Source: a virus
Taxonomy: Duplodnaviria > Caudoviricetes
Virus record (IMG/VR): IMGVR_UViG_3300044261_000005
Span: 1 to 26,823 of that record
Strand: one strand, 5' to 3'
DNA: 26,823 nucleotides
A program made the position numbers and the translations under genes. The notes beneath the pieces are model-generated. The model ran no database searches and was not told the origin of the DNA. It saw nothing but the letters and a program-made list of their open reading frames with translations. Below, piece after piece: positions 24,535 through 26,823 of the stretch; the stretch's first letter is position 1, and each line of letters begins with the position of its first letter.

Positions 24535-26110
24535 GGAACACAGCCTGTATCCGTTCCAGCAGCAGGCGGCAGAGACGATGCTGGAAGCCAACGTCCTCCT
24601 CGCATTCGAGATGGGCTGCGGAAAGACGCCGACCACCCTGTGGGCCATTGAGCAGTTGCGGGAGTCGGGCGATGTCATGGGAGCGGGGATCATCCTTGCC
24701 CCGGCAAGCCTGATGTACCAGTGGGAGCGGGAGATCTCGAAGTTCACGACTGCCACCTGTTGCGTGCTGTCCGGGTCTCCCAAGGTCCGCAAGATGCTCT
24801 ACGCGACGGTGTCTCACATGGACTACGTGATCATGACGTACGACACCTTCATCCGGGATGCCGAGGAGATCGCTCGTCGGAAACTCAACGCCTTCCTCAT
24901 TCTCGATGAGGCGACGGCGATCAAGACGTTCAAGGCCAAGCGCACAAAGGAACTGAAGCGGGTCCGGTCGTCATATCCAATCCGCTACGCCCTGTCCGGC
25001 ACCCCCATCGAGAATGGAAAGCCGGAGGAGTTGTACTCCATCTTGGAGTGGGTTGACCCAGACATTCCGGGGCCGTGGTGGCAGTTCGAGAAGAAGCACC
25101 TGATCCGCAACACCCTTGGCTGGGTGGAGGGCTACCGGAACATCAAGGACTTCCACAAGCGGGTCAAGCCCAACCTCCTGCGGAAGACGGTCAACGATCC
25201 AGAGGTGTCCAAGTACCTTCCCAGCGTGATCACGCCGGACCCGGTCGAGATCTGGATGGACAACAAGACGCAGCGGGTCTACGACCGCATCGTCGGCGAC
25301 CTCATGGTGGATCTCGATGAGGCAGCCGACAAGATCGGCGAGCGACTCGCCATGCCCGACGACTGGGCCTTCGAGGACCCGGACCACCCGGACGGCAAGA
25401 TGATGGCGAAGATCCAGACTGCCCGGATGCTGTTGGATCACCCGGTCGCCGTCTACTCGTCGGCTGCCCGCTTCGATGATCCCGACGATGATCGTGGGTC
25501 CTCCTACGCGAGCGCTCTGGTCAACGACGGCTCCGTGGATGAGGTGAAGCCTCTGAAGTTCGACGCGCTCGCCCTGTACCTCAAGGAGTTCCTCGAACGG
25601 GACGAGAAGAACAAGGCGGTCGTGTTCTGCTCCTTCGTGGATGTCGCGGAGATGATCCACCTGTCCCTGCCGGGGTCAGTGGTCTTCACCGGGAGCATGA
25701 CGGCCAAGGAGCGCGACGCAGCGGTGGTCAAGTTCCAGACGGAGCCGGGCTGCCGGGTCTTCGTCTCCACCGACGCCGGGGGCTACGGGCTGGACCTGCC
25801 GCAGGCCAACCTCCTCGTGAACTACGACATGCCGTGGCAGGCAGGTCTGCTCAAGCAGCGCAACGCGCGGATCCGACGCGCCAGCAGCGAGTGGAAGCAC
25901 GTCGTGGTTCAGGACTTCGTCGTGATGGGCACCATCGAGCAGCGCCTGTTCGAGATGCTCAGTCACAAGGACGCAGTCGCGGAGGCATTCGTGGATGGCG
26001 AGGGGATCTTGGAGGACGGCACCCTTGGGTCCGACCTCGACACCCTGCGGTCCTTCCTCGAACGTCCTGTGCTGACCCTCTCAATGTCAGACGGCTCCAC
26101 TACGCTTTGA
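24524..26110 (+). CDS. SNF2-family (SF2) helicase
   Basis: LYPFQ; EMGCGKT; ILDEAT; ALSGTPIEN; STDAGGYGLDL; NYDMPW; QRNARIRR. Confidence 0.93.
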   Translation: MWREEHSLYPFQQQAAETMLEANVLLAFEMGCGKTPTTLWAIEQLRESGDVMGAGIILAPASLMYQWEREISKFTTATCCVLSGSPKVRKMLYATVSHMDYVIMTYDTFIRDAEEIARRKLNAFLILDEATAIKTFKAKRTKELKRVRSSYPIRYALSGTPIENGKPEELYSILEWVDPDIPGPWWQFEKKHLIRNTLGWVEGYRNIKDFHKRVKPNLLRKTVNDPEVSKYLPSVITPDPVEIWMDNKTQRVYDRIVGDLMVDLDEAADKIGERLAMPDDWAFEDPDHPDGKMMAKIQTARMLLDHPVAVYSSAARFDDPDDDRGSSYASALVNDGSVDEVKPLKFDALALYLKEFLERDEKNKAVVFCSFVDVAEMIHLSLPGSVVFTGSMTAKERDAAVVKFQTEPGCRVFVSTDAGGYGLDLPQANLLVNYDMPWQAGLLKQRNARIRRASSEWKHVVVQDFVVMGTIEQRLFEMLSHKDAVAEAFVDGEGILEDGTLGSDLDTLRSFLERPVLTLSMSDGSTTL

Positions 26111-26139
26111 CCATAAGACGACACGCCGTACGAAGGTAC

Positions 26140-26168
26140 TTGATCCACCCCTTCCTATCTGATAGGTT
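26140..26168 (+). promoter_or_regulatory. Leaderless sigma-70-type promoter with overlapping palindrome
   Basis: TTGATC (26140-26145), 17 bp, extended TGn-TAGGTT (26163-26168), 6 nt, ATG 26175. Perfect dyad CCTATC-T-GATAGG at 26154-26166. Confidence 0.7.
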
Positions 26169-26174
26169 CTACCC

Positions 26175-26672
26175 ATGACACCCAGAGAGCCCGGAATCCG
26201 GGACTTCACAGAAGACCAGCAGGCAGCGCCTGCTCCGCATCAGCAGATGTCGGAGGAGGACTACGAGAACTTCCTCCGTGAGGCCCGCGAGATGATCCTC
26301 ATCCGCGAGCAGAAGACTCGCATTGCGAATCGCGAGACCGAACTGAAGAAGGACCTGATGGACGCGCTGAAGGTCTTCGGCGATCCCTACGGCACCTCCG
26401 GTCAGCACCAGACCATCGAGTTCCCCAAGGCCATCCGTGGCATCGTCCGGTTCGTCCGCCAGTCCAAGACCGCCAACGAGGTGGACGAGGAGGCGGCGGA
26501 GGCCATCGCCCGTCGGCAGGGCATCTACGACCGGCTCTTCAAGCCCGTGATGACGCTGGACGACGCAGCCGTCATGGTCGCCCTGCGCGAGGGGGTTCTG
26601 ACCGACGCCGACGTGGAAGCGATCTTCCCCAAGAAGACCATCTACGCGTTCGTGGCGGAGAAGAAGAAGTGA
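26175..26672 (+). CDS. Hypothetical protein (coiled-coil N-region; possibly Gam/gp157-like)
   Basis: 165 aa with GC3-rich codons, directly behind the promoter. The family assignment is only tentative. Confidence 0.75.
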   Translation: MTPREPGIRDFTEDQQAAPAPHQQMSEEDYENFLREAREMILIREQKTRIANRETELKKDLMDALKVFGDPYGTSGQHQTIEFPKAIRGIVRFVRQSKTANEVDEEAAEAIARRQGIYDRLFKPVMTLDDAAVMVALREGVLTDADVEAIFPKKTIYAFVAEKKK

Positions 26673-26823
26673 GCCCTCGCGACCTCGTTGACGAGTACTT
26701 CAGCGACCCCGACTCGGACCCCATCCACATGGATGTCCCGAAGCCGGAGCCGGACGAGTACTACCCCGGCTCGAAGCGGAAGATGGCGGAGAAGCCCGCC
26801 CCCGTGGAGTTCATCCCTGATCC
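26669..26823 (+). CDS. 5' part of a gene truncated by the window end
   Basis: GTGA overlap; open to the edge: MSPRDLVDEYFSDPD...EYYPGSKRKMAEKPAPVEFIPD. Confidence 0.7.
   Translation, partial: MSPRDLVDEYFSDPDSDPIHMDVPKPEPDEYYPGSKRKMAEKPAPVEFIPD

Noticed and set aside
26669-26823. Calling the last partial gene a MerR-like regulator acting on the 20-bp-spacer promoter at 17163
   Set aside because: No HTH is visible within the window and the promoter spacer lacks an obvious dyad, so this is unsupported here.

Overview
A GC-rich tailed-phage segment, probably from an actinobacterial myovirus (inferred from GC content, TANNNT -10 boxes and leaderless promoters). Almost all genes are on the + strand. 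Positions 1-16983 hold a contractile-tail morphogenesis module: neck/terminator-like genes, sheath, tube, tail chaperone, a short tape measure, two paralogous tube-initiator-like proteins with different cell-wall hydrolase tails, a LysM/gpX-like protein, hub, gp25, baseplate J- and I-like wedges, fibre/FN3 proteins and a holin-like gene. Positions 17362-26823 hold a replication module: HTH initiator with internal iterons, DnaC-like loader, DnaB, small accessory ORFs, primase and SNF2 helicase. Four things stand out. (1) A structured leader upstream of the initiator has mutually exclusive SD-sequestering and SD-freeing stems, plus a counter-oriented promoter and terminator, suggesting plasmid-style antisense-RNA control of replication. 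(2) A 544-bp antisense LAGLIDADG cassette flanked by CTACGG direct repeats supplies a replacement 3' end to a PnuC-like gene; the displaced 3' end survives downstream. (3) There is a probable +1 frameshift in the tail chaperone. (4) The duplicated baseplate proteins carry a lysozyme-like versus an M23 domain. All protein calls come from motif recognition and synteny by eye; no database searches or folding programs were run.
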